From IMG/VR virus record IMGVR_UViG_3300027792_000010: 64,000 nucleotides of DNA. One strand, given 5' to 3'. Positions 1-8,788 of the stretch are shown here, piece after piece. Numbering within the stretch: the first letter of the stretch is position 1; every line of letters starts with the position of its first letter. A program made the translations under genes and the position numbers. The notes below the pieces were generated by a model. The model did no database searches. It saw nothing but the letters and a program-made list of their open reading frames with translations, and was not told the DNA's origin. Source of the DNA: a virus.

Positions 1-2
1 AT

Positions 3-674
3 AATGCGGATAACTTAAACAATCAGGCAGGTAATAAGCTACTTAAGATTTTAGAAGACTCAAAGCCTCATACCTTATTTTTTCTTGTTTCATCATTTCA
101 TGAGAAGCTCCTACCTACGGTTCATTCCAGAGCTTATTCAGTAGAGTTTAAAGCTCTGCAGTCGGAAGATATACTTGAAATACTTAAGACTCAAAGGATA
201 GAACCTAATAAAATAGAAGCCTTAAAGGGTGTTGTTCCTTTTCTCACTCAGAGTATCCTAAAAGATGCCCTTAAGTATTATGAGTATGTAAGGGAACTTC
301 CAGAATTCCTATTAGGGTTTTCTACAAAGACAGAAGATGAAGTCTTATCCTATTTAAGTTCAGTAAATGATAAAGAAGAACTTCTTTATTTCATAGAAGT
401 TTTATTAGTGTATACCAACGATATTTTGAAGATAAAATATGATGGTTCCGATTCAGTTATTTTTAAGAGTAGCCATGAGACCACAGTAAAAATATCTTTG
501 GATTGGACCGATGATATTTGTGTAGCTCTGACTGAGAAGATAAGAAAAATAATCACGGACAATAATAAGAATCTGTATATAAAATTGTACCCAAGAGTAA
601 AAGTCGCAGTTAGTTGGATATATATGATATTAAAGACAGAGATTGAGAAAAGGAAGAAGAAAAATGGATTCTAA
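3..674 (+). CDS. holB: DNA polymerase III delta-prime-like clamp-loader subunit (5' truncated by window edge)
   Basis: Frame open from base 3, in frame with the track ORF 408..674. It reads NADNLNNQAGNKLLKILEDSKPHTLFFLVSSFHEKLLPTVHSRAYSVEF, matching the HolB pattern NALLKxLEEP..xFxL....xLLPTIxSRC. Lies next to holA- and dnaX-like genes. Confidence 0.75.
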   Translation, partial: NADNLNNQAGNKLLKILEDSKPHTLFFLVSSFHEKLLPTVHSRAYSVEFKALQSEDILEILKTQRIEPNKIEALKGVVPFLTQSILKDALKYYEYVRELPEFLLGFSTKTEDEVLSYLSSVNDKEELLYFIEVLLVYTNDILKIKYDGSDSVIFKSSHETTVKISLDWTDDICVALTEKIRKIITDNNKNLYIKLYPRVKVAVSWIYMILKTEIEKRKKKNGF

Positions 675-1572
675 GTTCCTTTTACAGAATAAAGAACCTT
701 TTTTGGTTAAGAGCTACATTGAGCAAATTAGGAATCAATTTCAGAATTTTGAAGTAGTATATACCGTAGAACCTGCGGACTTCATAGATAACATACATAG
801 AGGTACTCTTTTTGGAGAAGGAAGTAGGATATTAGTTTTGAACCCTCTTACCGAGGAAGCATTAGAACCGATACACTCTGTAGTGTGTATGGAATCCCCA
901 GATGTTTTTGTACTAGTAGATAATGGCGGACTTTCCAAAAATAAGTTTTATACCAAGGTAAAGGCTCTCTGCAAAATTATAAAGGTAGAAAAATTAGAGG
1001 ATAGGGAAGTAGAACCGTGGACTGACAAATATCTCAGAAACAAAGGCTTTACCTGCGATCCAGAGGTATCTACTATAATAGCTTCAAGAAAAGGGAACAA
1101 CCTTTACGCCATAGCCTATGAGATTAGGAAACTAGAGTTTGCATGTCCTGATAAGAAAGTTTCTAAACAAAAGTGTCTTGAGTTAGTTTCTTTTTCCGGG
1201 GAGACCAAGTTTTTTGATTTTTGTGACTACTTCTTTAGGAGACGGGTAAAAGAGACACTTTCGGAATTAGATAGGGTTTCTGAAGAATCATATATAGGTT
1301 TGGTGCATTTTTTGCTATCTTATATAGATAAGTTGTATAAGATATCTATCTACAAAGAGCAGAAAATGTCTGACGAAGATATCTGTAATATTTTAGATTT
1401 TAACAGATACATGTACAAGAGCAAATACCTTGTAGCTTTATCAGCACTTGGGAAAGTAAGGCTTTTAAAAATTACGGATCTTTTAAATGACCTTGATCTG
1501 AAGTTAAGATTATGTAGATTTGATAAGAAATATTTGATGGTGAGTCTTATTGCAAGATGTATGAGGGTTTGA
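664..1572 (+). CDS. holA: DNA polymerase III delta-like clamp-loader subunit
   Basis: ATG at 664 (MDSKFLL). ~300 aa with HolA-like segments GTLFGEGSRILVL and IASRKGNNLYAIAYEIRKL (cf. GxDLxxLxxELEKL), plus a C-terminal helical collar. Confidence 0.7.
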   Translation: MDSKFLLQNKEPFLVKSYIEQIRNQFQNFEVVYTVEPADFIDNIHRGTLFGEGSRILVLNPLTEEALEPIHSVVCMESPDVFVLVDNGGLSKNKFYTKVKALCKIIKVEKLEDREVEPWTDKYLRNKGFTCDPEVSTIIASRKGNNLYAIAYEIRKLEFACPDKKVSKQKCLELVSFSGETKFFDFCDYFFRRRVKETLSELDRVSEESYIGLVHFLLSYIDKLYKISIYKEQKMSDEDICNILDFNRYMYKSKYLVALSALGKVRLLKITDLLNDLDLKLRLCRFDKKYLMVSLIARCMRV

Positions 1573-1573
1573 T

Positions 1574-1753
1574 ATGTGCAAATGGAATCCTATAGAATGT
1601 AGCGAGAGCAAGACCCGTATAGAGATAAGAAAAGCTGTTGAAACTGTAGCAGGGATATATGATATGAGAGATACAATTTGCATCGGCTGTGGATCTAAGT
1701 CCAGTACTTGTATTGTCCCAGAACCTAAAATGAAAAAAGTTATAAAAAGATGA
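1574..1753 (+). CDS. small Cys-containing hypothetical protein (59 aa, below ORF-track cutoff)
   Basis: ATG 1574 to TGA 1753 fills the gap between genes and its stop overlaps the next ATG (ATGA). MCKWNPIEC...CIGCGSKSSTC. Confidence 0.5.
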   Translation: MCKWNPIECSESKTRIEIRKAVETVAGIYDMRDTICIGCGSKSSTCIVPEPKMKKVIKR

Positions 1754-2052
1754 ATAGAAATAACACAGAAGTATCTTTATCTATTTTAGGATTTGCAGCA
1801 GCTTTCTTTTTCTTTTTAATTTTTATAAACAAGAAGAAAAAGAAAAGGAAATCATCGCTTAACCTCCCTTTACTTTTTGATGGTAGGTATTATTCTATTA
1901 ACTGTAATACTAATAAGCACTACAATTGGACTAATTCACTTACCTTCTCTGGTAAGGTCATTAAGGAGCTATTAGGAACCCGAAAAGAAAACCTTACTTG
2001 TACTACTTGCAAAAATCCATTAATAATAAGAAAAATTGAAGATGTTGAGTAA
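1750..2052 (+). CDS. membrane-anchored Zn-ribbon protein, paralog 1
   Basis: N-terminal hydrophobic helix (LSILGFAAAFFFFLIFI), then KKKKKRK, then CxC and CTTCKNPL motifs. Confidence 0.75.
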   Translation: MNRNNTEVSLSILGFAAAFFFFLIFINKKKKKRKSSLNLPLLFDGRYYSINCNTNKHYNWTNSLTFSGKVIKELLGTRKENLTCTTCKNPLIIRKIEDVE

Positions 2053-2126
2053 TGACGATGATACCATAGCATCCTTATATGTTTTAGGATTTGCAGCAGC
2101 TTTCTTTTTCTTTTTAATTTTTATAA
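1784..2126. repeat. 45-bp perfect direct repeat (1784-1828 and 2082-2126)
   Basis: ttttaggatttgcagcagctttctttttctttttaatttttataa appears identically in both paralogs and encodes the transmembrane helix. Confidence 0.9.
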
Positions 2127-2326
2127 CAAAAAAGAAAAAGAAAAAGTACCAAGGCCCTATTCATTTTGCTGATAACGGATTCTATGATTTAGGGTGTAAT
2201 TGTTGTAATTGGAAAAATATAGCAGTGGAGGGATCAGTGCTGAATTATCTTCTGAAAAGGGATGGATATTTTTGTCGTACCTGTGGTAATCCTTTGTTTA
2301 TAAGAAGAGCTGAAATATATGATTGA
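2042..2326 (+). CDS. membrane-anchored Zn-ribbon protein, paralog 2
   Basis: Same architecture as 1750..2052 (LYVLGFAAAFFFFLIFI, KKKKKK, CNCC, CRTCGNPL). ATG at 2042. Confidence 0.75.
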   Translation: MLSNDDDTIASLYVLGFAAAFFFFLIFITKKKKKKYQGPIHFADNGFYDLGCNCCNWKNIAVEGSVLNYLLKRDGYFCRTCGNPLFIRRAEIYD

Positions 2327-2630
2327 TCGTGGCGTTGTAATAGAGATAGATATTGATAAGGATAGGCTTCGTGAGATCGTCTCAGAAGCTCTTAGGATGA
2401 TCTATGAGTACCTTGGTGGGGAATATACCAAGACGCAAGGTGATGTCCTTACTGAGTTGGAAAGCTATATAAGCATAGATCGAATCTCTACTGAGTTCTT
2501 TCTTCATATAGGTAGTCGTTCTATCCCAGACATGAAAATGCGTGTGGACCCTAGGAGAAGAAAAGTTTTTTTGAAGTCTAGCTTCAGGAAAAAAGTTGCG
2601 AAACTTAATCATTTTATGAAGTTACTATGA
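2319..2630 (+). CDS. hypothetical protein
   Basis: 103-aa ORF overlapping the previous gene in operon-like packing. No recognised motif. Confidence 0.7.
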   Translation: MIDRGVVIEIDIDKDRLREIVSEALRMIYEYLGGEYTKTQGDVLTELESYISIDRISTEFFLHIGSRSIPDMKMRVDPRRRKVFLKSSFRKKVAKLNHFMKLL

Positions 2631-2664
2631 ATATAGAGATAATAACTTTGAAAGATATATTATT

Positions 2665-3147
2665 ATGAGAGTAGAACCATTATTTATACGGTATGCCAAT
2701 GGATCAGCTAGTACCGAGAGTATTATTAAGAGCTATTTATCCATAGTTGAGGATGGTAATTCTAAGGAAATAGCAGAAGCCGCTCTTATCAGCATTCCTG
2801 ACCTTACGATGTTTAGAAGAGACTTTAGGAATTGTATAGATGATTTAATAGATAATGGAATTAATAATCAGTTCATAAATTATGTAGATAGCTATATGAA
2901 GCCATCGTTAGAGGAGTATATAGAAGGAAGTAATGCATCAAGAACGGGAGAAAAGAGAAGGGTAATAATAAAGGCAGAGGATACTCCTTGGATAGAGGCT
3001 ATGGTATGTTACAATATGTCCTTATATATAAGGGTTTATGGGATTTCTGAGATAAAACATTGTCCTAATTGTGGTAACTTTTTTAGCCATAAGGGAAAAT
3101 ACGCTAAATATTGTAGTGATATTTGTAAGGGAAATGCAAGTAAATGA
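2665..3147 (+). CDS. protein with C-terminal CGNR-like zinc finger
   Basis: C-terminal CPNCGNFFSHKGKYAKYCSDIC resembles the treble-clef CGNR zinc-finger spacing (CxxC...F......CSxxC). Confidence 0.5.
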   Translation: MRVEPLFIRYANGSASTESIIKSYLSIVEDGNSKEIAEAALISIPDLTMFRRDFRNCIDDLIDNGINNQFINYVDSYMKPSLEEYIEGSNASRTGEKRRVIIKAEDTPWIEAMVCYNMSLYIRVYGISEIKHCPNCGNFFSHKGKYAKYCSDICKGNASK

Positions 3148-3665
3148 GTATAGCATTGTTAGCTTTTGGGTTACAAAAGGCATACTTACACCCCCAGGGA
3201 AGCAGGTATCTTGGAGCTAAAGCTGAGATATACAAGGTTAGGATACTTGATTACTTCCGAACTTTAAATCGTAATGATATTAAAGTATACTTAATAAGGG
3301 AGGTTCATCAAGTTGATGATAAATTTTACAGTAGAACAAAAACACATTCTATTGCTGGTACTAAAGATGTAGAAATACCAGAGGAGTATAAGCCTTATAT
3401 TCATTTTATAGTAAATACAAGCAGATACAATGCTTTTTACAAAACAGCTCTGGATTCAGAGCTATATAAGATTAAACCTGAAAAGGTGTTCCTATTAGGA
3501 TTTGAGACCCATACTAATGTTCTTTTTACAGCGGAAGAGCTAAGAAATAGAGACTATGACGTTACCGTTATAGAGCCATTAGTTATGGCGGAAGATGAAT
3601 ACCTACACTCAATAGCACTTACTATGATGGTTGATTTTTTATCTACAGACATTAAACAGGAGTAA
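3144..3665 (+). CDS. isochorismatase/cysteine-hydrolase fold protein, catalytic residues substituted
   Basis: ALLAFGLQ (cf. ALLVIDMQ), RYNAFYKTALDSEL, VFLLGFETHTNVLFTAEELRNRDYDVTVIE (cf. GxxTxxCVxxTAxxA...GYxVxVxxD). Confidence 0.7.
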   Translation: MSIALLAFGLQKAYLHPQGSRYLGAKAEIYKVRILDYFRTLNRNDIKVYLIREVHQVDDKFYSRTKTHSIAGTKDVEIPEEYKPYIHFIVNTSRYNAFYKTALDSELYKIKPEKVFLLGFETHTNVLFTAEELRNRDYDVTVIEPLVMAEDEYLHSIALTMMVDFLSTDIKQE

Positions 3666-3668
3666 ATT

Positions 3669-3989
3669 ATGGTCGATTTATACGAGATAAGGTTAAAGTG
3701 CCCCTACTGTAAGACAGAGACCGCCTTATTAGTTCACGAAAGTAACCCAGTTATGTTTGAATGCCCTGGGTGTGATAAAAATGTTGTGATACAGAATAAT
3801 ATTGTGTATACTATTACAAGGAAGTACTTCAATAAGATAGCTAAGAAGTATAAGACAGAGCATTGCGGGGAAATTGTTGGTTATAAAATCAATAGCAATG
3901 ATGTTATCAGCCAAAAAGAGATAGACAACCTCCATAAGGAACTATCTGGAATCTCCACAGTAGATGACTTTATTAAGAAGTTAGAATAG
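3669..3989 (+). CDS. zinc-ribbon protein
   Basis: CPYC...CPGC pair. GGAG RBS upstream. Confidence 0.75.
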   Translation: MVDLYEIRLKCPYCKTETALLVHESNPVMFECPGCDKNVVIQNNIVYTITRKYFNKIAKKYKTEHCGEIVGYKINSNDVISQKEIDNLHKELSGISTVDDFIKKLE

Positions 3990-3991
3990 TT

Positions 3992-4025
3992 TACTTTAAA
4001 AAACCTTAACCATTAAGTACATTAT
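3992..4025 (+). promoter_or_regulatory. class A bipartite promoter (TACTTTAAA-N16-GTACATTAT)
   Basis: One of four copies with identical spacing. The -35-like TTTAAA lies 17 bp before the -10-like TACATT. Confidence 0.6.
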
Positions 4026-4029
4026 TTAT

Positions 4030-4458
4030 ATGGAAAATAAAGACCTGGATGGAAAAATAGTTTATTTGACCCTTTTCTATGAAAAGTGGATACGAGAAGT
4101 TCACCCGGAATTCAACATACCTATGGTCAATCGTTTGGCTAAGGTTGTTAAGATATTAGATTGGGAAACTGATGAAGGCAAGCTCGTTCTAAGCGAGAGG
4201 AAGAGAAACGGCAAATGGGACAAACTAAAGCCAGAGGATTACAGGTTTGTTCTTGATATCTACTACCCAGAATTGGCACTCACCAGAAAAACTATAGCTA
4301 TATCGGAGATGGTACCGAGGTATTATCCAGATAGTAAGGATGAATTATTTAAGATCCTACCAGATATTATGATAACTGGGTTACTAAAAAAAGAACAGAA
4401 TATGTTTAGGGTAGTAAAAAAGAATGTATCTAAACAACCTAATACAAAGATCAAATAA
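4030..4458 (+). CDS. hypothetical protein
   Basis: 142-aa ORF. No SD seen upstream; possibly leaderless. Confidence 0.7.
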   Translation: MENKDLDGKIVYLTLFYEKWIREVHPEFNIPMVNRLAKVVKILDWETDEGKLVLSERKRNGKWDKLKPEDYRFVLDIYYPELALTRKTIAISEMVPRYYPDSKDELFKILPDIMITGLLKKEQNMFRVVKKNVSKQPNTKIK

Positions 4459-5116
4459 GTATATATTTCAGTATCCTGAAGCAGTGACATACTTAGAAGG
4501 CAGAGGAATAACTCAGGAAGATATACTTAAATACTCTTTAGGATTTACGAAATATGTTAGTTTGTCGGATGATGGTTCAGAGGACTATCAATTTCTGGCT
4601 AAGAAAACAGCAGGTTTTCAGATGCTTCAGGGTAAACTTATTATACCCTGTAAGAATTTATTAGGTCACGTTAATGGGCTTGTAGTTAGAGATATCTACA
4701 AGAAAGAATATAGGCAGTACTTTTTAGATGAGGCTAAGAAGCTAGGGACTTTTTTTGGGCTCTACGAAGCTTTTCCTGAGATACTTCGTACCGGAAAAGT
4801 TTTTATCCACGAGGCAGCACTGGATAGTATTTCTTTCGCTAAGGCGTTTCCTAATAGTGTCTCGGTATTGACTTCCTTCATAAACGAAGTTCAATACGAG
4901 ACTTTATCTATGTTAGCTGATAAGATTATCATGGTCTTTGATGAGGATAGTGCAGGTAGTAAGGGGAGAGATCAAGTCTATAACCTTTATGGGCGTAAAC
5001 ATTTATCTGACATCTCCATTGGGTACAATGATTCTAATGCTATTCTAAAACGCTTAGGGCAGGAATCTTTTAAGAAATATATATGGAACAGAGTTCCTAT
5101 TTTACTAAGAGAATAA
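4424..5116 (+). CDS. dnaG: DnaG-type primase catalytic core (TOPRIM), no zinc-binding domain
   Basis: AVTYLEGRGITQEDILKYSLGF start of the DnaG core, TOPRIM acidic motifs HEAALD and FDEDSAG. Only 230 aa. Confidence 0.8.
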   Translation: MYLNNLIQRSNKYIFQYPEAVTYLEGRGITQEDILKYSLGFTKYVSLSDDGSEDYQFLAKKTAGFQMLQGKLIIPCKNLLGHVNGLVVRDIYKKEYRQYFLDEAKKLGTFFGLYEAFPEILRTGKVFIHEAALDSISFAKAFPNSVSVLTSFINEVQYETLSMLADKIIMVFDEDSAGSKGRDQVYNLYGRKHLSDISIGYNDSNAILKRLGQESFKKYIWNRVPILLRE

Positions 5117-5141
5117 ATATTAAAACATTATTAGGAGCTAT

Positions 5142-6491
5142 ATGTTTTCAACAAAGTATCGACCATTGGATTTCAAAAGTGTCATAGGTTTGGAAGTACA
5201 GAAGGAAATACTTCAGAATATTCTAAGGAGGCAGGAGTACGATCCTGCTTATCTTTTCTCAGGGGATTGGTCAACAGGAAAAACTACTCTTGCTAGAATA
5301 TTTGCCAGAAGTATTTTTTGTGAAAATCGCAAGGAAGATATGTCCCCCTGTAATGAGTGCTTCTCCTGCCGTGAGTTCCTCTCAGAACGCCACCCTGGAT
5401 ACATCGAGATAGATGCTGCAAACAATGGAACAAAGGATAAGATAAAAGAAATACGAGATAGTTTATCCTATGATTCTGTATCCAGAAGATTAGTAATTCT
5501 TTATGATGAGGCACACAATATAAGTAAAGAGGGGAAAGACGCTTGGCTTAAGGAGCTTGAGAAGGAATATAAAAATGTACATCTGATATTCTGTACTACA
5601 GAAATAGATAAAATGCCTGACTCCCTAAAATCTCGTTGTATGCATTTTACGATAAATCATCCCACTGAAGCACACATTAAAGATAAACTCAGATATATTA
5701 GTCTACAAAATAATTTAACTGTTGAGGACGATGCCCTTAGTACTATAGTACAAGGCGTAGGGTGCCATTATAGAGATGCTGAAAATAAGCTGCGTCAGAT
5801 ATCTTTTATAGGTGACATAACTATAGAGAATGCAAAGAAAGTCGTCAATATCTATAATGAAGAAGTCTCAAAGATGCTTATAGCACTATCCTTTAATATA
5901 AATGAGGCTATGGTTATAGCAGACTTCTTAGTACAAAGGATGACCATAAAAGAGATATATAACAATATTATTAAGATACTTATTGATAGTCTTAGGTTAA
6001 TTAATGGGATATCTAATGATAGTCAGACTTATAATGCTATTCTAAGTAGTGTAGCTAAACAGTATGGGGAGTCCTTATACGAGGTTATAGATTTTATCCT
6101 ATCTAAAAATAGATTAAATGATTTATCTTTATTTCAATCGGACCTTCTTCTGATACATTACAAGTACTTAAGATCTCATTTTGACCCTAAGAATACTACT
6201 GCTATCCCTGAACAGCCTACTACATCAAGTACTGAACCTATAGAGAGAAAAAAAGTTAATAAGATGGATGAGCTTAAAACAGTAAGTTCCCCGTGGGAAA
6301 GAGCAGAGCTAATACGTAATATGAAAAAAGAAAAAAAGGAAGCTGGGGATACTCGTGTTCCAGAAGTGGTATCCTCAGAATGGGGGTCTCCTGTAGATAG
6401 TTTTGGAGTAGGCTCTATCTTGAAGAAGGAGATTACCCCAGAGCAGTTTGGGAAAAAAGTAAGGAGACTGTTGGATGAAAACAAAATATAA
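5142..6491 (+). CDS. dnaX: DNA polymerase III gamma/tau-like clamp-loader ATPase
   Basis: KYRPxxFxxVIG start, Walker A GDWSTGKTT, zinc module C..C..C..C, EIDAANN, Walker B ILYDEAHNI, SRC motif (LKSRC). Confidence 0.9.
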   Translation: MFSTKYRPLDFKSVIGLEVQKEILQNILRRQEYDPAYLFSGDWSTGKTTLARIFARSIFCENRKEDMSPCNECFSCREFLSERHPGYIEIDAANNGTKDKIKEIRDSLSYDSVSRRLVILYDEAHNISKEGKDAWLKELEKEYKNVHLIFCTTEIDKMPDSLKSRCMHFTINHPTEAHIKDKLRYISLQNNLTVEDDALSTIVQGVGCHYRDAENKLRQISFIGDITIENAKKVVNIYNEEVSKMLIALSFNINEAMVIADFLVQRMTIKEIYNNIIKILIDSLRLINGISNDSQTYNAILSSVAKQYGESLYEVIDFILSKNRLNDLSLFQSDLLLIHYKYLRSHFDPKNTTAIPEQPTTSSTEPIERKKVNKMDELKTVSSPWERAELIRNMKKEKKEAGDTRVPEVVSSEWGSPVDSFGVGSILKKEITPEQFGKKVRRLLDENKI

Positions 6492-7140
6492 AGATGAGGG
6501 TAAAGAACCTACCAAAAAGAGAGTTCAGGAACCATTACCTAGCATAGAAAATAAGCCTAATAAGGTAAGTAGGGTTAAAAAGATAAATACTTCTATACAG
6601 AATACAAATTTGACCTTTAAATATAAAGGGTGTGGTAGGTGGGCTATATTTGAAATAAAAGAAGATTGTGATATATCAGAAAATTATGAAGCTATTGAAC
6701 AAGAGATAAAGAGCGCTTTTGGGGAAGATACAGAGTATTTTATTCCTGTATATAGGGAAAAATTTGATAGTAAAGCAGTAGGTATAACTCTTTTCGAGGG
6801 TTATATTTTCCTACGTTTTGAAAAAAATAAAGAATGTTTATGCGACCTTGCTGACTATAATTATCTTGAAGGTCCTTTAATGAAAGGCGGAAAAATCAGT
6901 TATGTCAGTGATAAGGAAATAAACGATCTTCGGAGCAATCTTTTTAAAAAGCTACAAAAACGTTTTCCTCGTAAAGGACAAATAATAGTTCCTAAATTGG
7001 GAACTTTTAAGAACTTGGAAGGAAAAGTTGTAGGAGTAGACCGAAAAAATAGAGTAGTTAGAGCAGTATTTAAGTTAAGTTCTAGAGAAGTTGTAGCTGA
7101 TATTAATGTAATAAATTTAGATTTTGAGGAAAACTTATGA
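6475..7140 (+). CDS. NusG-family paralog (NGN + KOW domains), transcription elongation/antitermination factor
   Basis: YFIPVYREK...LFEGYIFLRF (NGN domain). GQIIVPKLGTFKNLEGKVVGVD (KOW; cf. GxxVxIxxGPFxGxxGxV). Confidence 0.75.
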   Translation: MKTKYKDEGKEPTKKRVQEPLPSIENKPNKVSRVKKINTSIQNTNLTFKYKGCGRWAIFEIKEDCDISENYEAIEQEIKSAFGEDTEYFIPVYREKFDSKAVGITLFEGYIFLRFEKNKECLCDLADYNYLEGPLMKGGKISYVSDKEINDLRSNLFKKLQKRFPRKGQIIVPKLGTFKNLEGKVVGVDRKNRVVRAVFKLSSREVVADINVINLDFEENL

Positions 7141-7150
7141 GAGGTAATGT

Positions 7151-8086
7151 ATGAATTATTTTCTTATTGATGGTCACAATTTAGCGTATAGAGCACATAA
7201 TGCTAACTTTGAACTTAGAAAAGCTAATGGTGATCCGTCTGGGATGTTTTATGGATTCATACGTACCCTTATATCCTTAAAGAAGAAATATAGAGGGTAT
7301 AAATTCATAGTCACATGGGATAACAGGTCAAACAGGAAGTTCGAGATCCAACCCGATTATAAAGCTGGGAGAGCATCTTTACCACCAATCGTGTATAAAG
7401 AAATGGACGATTTGAAAGAGTTTTTGAAATACTGCGGGGTAGAGCAATACGAAAAGAAAGGGGAAGAAGCTGACGATATACTCTCAACGCTCGCTGAGAC
7501 GTTCAAAACTAAGGGAGAGACACATATCATAATATACTCTAACGATAAGGATATGCTACAGGTAGTTGAAGACGGTGTTATTACTGTATTTAAACCAAAA
7601 GTAGGTCAAACACCAGAAAAGTTTTTTGACGAAGAAGCTGTGAAAGAAGAATTTGGTGTTCTACCTAAAAGATTAGCTGAGTTTAGATCCTATGATGGGG
7701 ATACCAGTGATAATATACCTGGGATACCTAGAGTTAGAAGAAAAATTATAGCTAATCTATTGAATAAAGTAGATTCTATACAGTTTTTGGCTAAACAGGC
7801 TTCTGAGAGTTCTGAACTATCAGATAAAGAGAGGGAGGCTATACAGGCGTTCCATCCGATAGCTATGCGAAACTATAGCATCGTTAAGTTAAAAACAGAT
7901 ATATCTGACATACAGGTATCTGAAGCATCTTATTCTAAGGAAAAGTTAGAGACATTCTTCCAAGATTACGAAATAAAGTCTATGAAGCCAGATGAAATAA
8001 TCGAACTTTTTCAGTCAAGTCTAAATATTCGGTACACCGAAGCGAGGTCTTCATATAAACTTGAGACATACTCTCTCTTCGACTAA
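7151..8086 (+). CDS. 5'-3' exonuclease / flap endonuclease (PolI N-terminal / T5-type)
   Basis: LIDGHNLAYR, YKAGR, EADDILSTL, SNDKDMLQ, GDTSDNIPGIP motifs. Confidence 0.92.
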   Translation: MNYFLIDGHNLAYRAHNANFELRKANGDPSGMFYGFIRTLISLKKKYRGYKFIVTWDNRSNRKFEIQPDYKAGRASLPPIVYKEMDDLKEFLKYCGVEQYEKKGEEADDILSTLAETFKTKGETHIIIYSNDKDMLQVVEDGVITVFKPKVGQTPEKFFDEEAVKEEFGVLPKRLAEFRSYDGDTSDNIPGIPRVRRKIIANLLNKVDSIQFLAKQASESSELSDKEREAIQAFHPIAMRNYSIVKLKTDISDIQVSEASYSKEKLETFFQDYEIKSMKPDEIIELFQSSLNIRYTEARSSYKLETYSLFD

Positions 8087-8108
8087 CAGCGGTGCAGGAG
8101 GTTTTTAG

Positions 8109-8732
8109 ATGAATCATTTGGTAAAAAATATGGACCCGTTTGAGATACAAAGTCGTTTCTCTACAGAGGACTTCTCTTTTTATTCATTAAAAGAAAGTTC
8201 TTTTTGTTTAGATGACTTTGAACCATTTATCCAAAAGCTTCCAAAACGTGAGATTGACCTGATCGATATGTATTATAAAAGACAGAAGAAACAGAAAGAG
8301 ATCGCAGAGTTTTTTAACGTTACCCAGGGAGCGATTTCTCATCGTTTGTCTCGCGCTAGAAAAAGATTAGCTTTTCTAAGAGATATGCCTAAAGTGTCCG
8401 GGGACCTACGTGATAACTTATCTCAGCATTTCACGGATTTTGAATGTGATATTATAGTTATTATGATAGAGACCACATGTCAGTCCAGAACTGCAGAACT
8501 ACTTAATGACAAGTATGAGCTTAAATATAGGGAAAAGATGACCCAAGTTAAAGTTAGGCATAAATTTGACCGCTCTATAGATAAGATGAAGAAGTTGAAG
8601 AGAAAGTACCCTGAATTGAAGGTAATGTACGAACTTTCTAGATATATAAAAAAGAACCTATACATGCTTCATGAAGTTGTACTACCTCATTTTGATAAGG
8701 GTTATAAGGTAGAGTATGATGGAGTGTATTGA
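8109..8732 (+). CDS. protein with two tandem sigma-70 region-4-like HTH modules
   Basis: QKLPKREIDLIDMYY...QKEIAEFFNVTQGAISHRLSRARKRL, followed by a second similar module (FTDFECDIIVIM...QSRTAELL...TQVKVRHKFDRSIDKM). No region-2 motif recognised. Confidence 0.7.
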   Translation: MNHLVKNMDPFEIQSRFSTEDFSFYSLKESSFCLDDFEPFIQKLPKREIDLIDMYYKRQKKQKEIAEFFNVTQGAISHRLSRARKRLAFLRDMPKVSGDLRDNLSQHFTDFECDIIVIMIETTCQSRTAELLNDKYELKYREKMTQVKVRHKFDRSIDKMKKLKRKYPELKVMYELSRYIKKNLYMLHEVVLPHFDKGYKVEYDGVY

Positions 8733-8772
8733 TTTAACCTTTAAGTTATAACCTAAGAAAAGTTTAGAACTA

Positions 8773-8788
8773 ATAATCTTTTAATATA
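8773..8788 (+). promoter_or_regulatory. class B (probable late) promoter motif ATAATCTWTTAAT
   Basis: First of seven copies, each upstream of a virion-type gene. Confidence 0.6.

Noticed and set aside
8109-8732. Calling 8109 a complete late sigma factor
   Set aside because: No region-2 motif is recognisable; only region-4-like HTH modules are supported.
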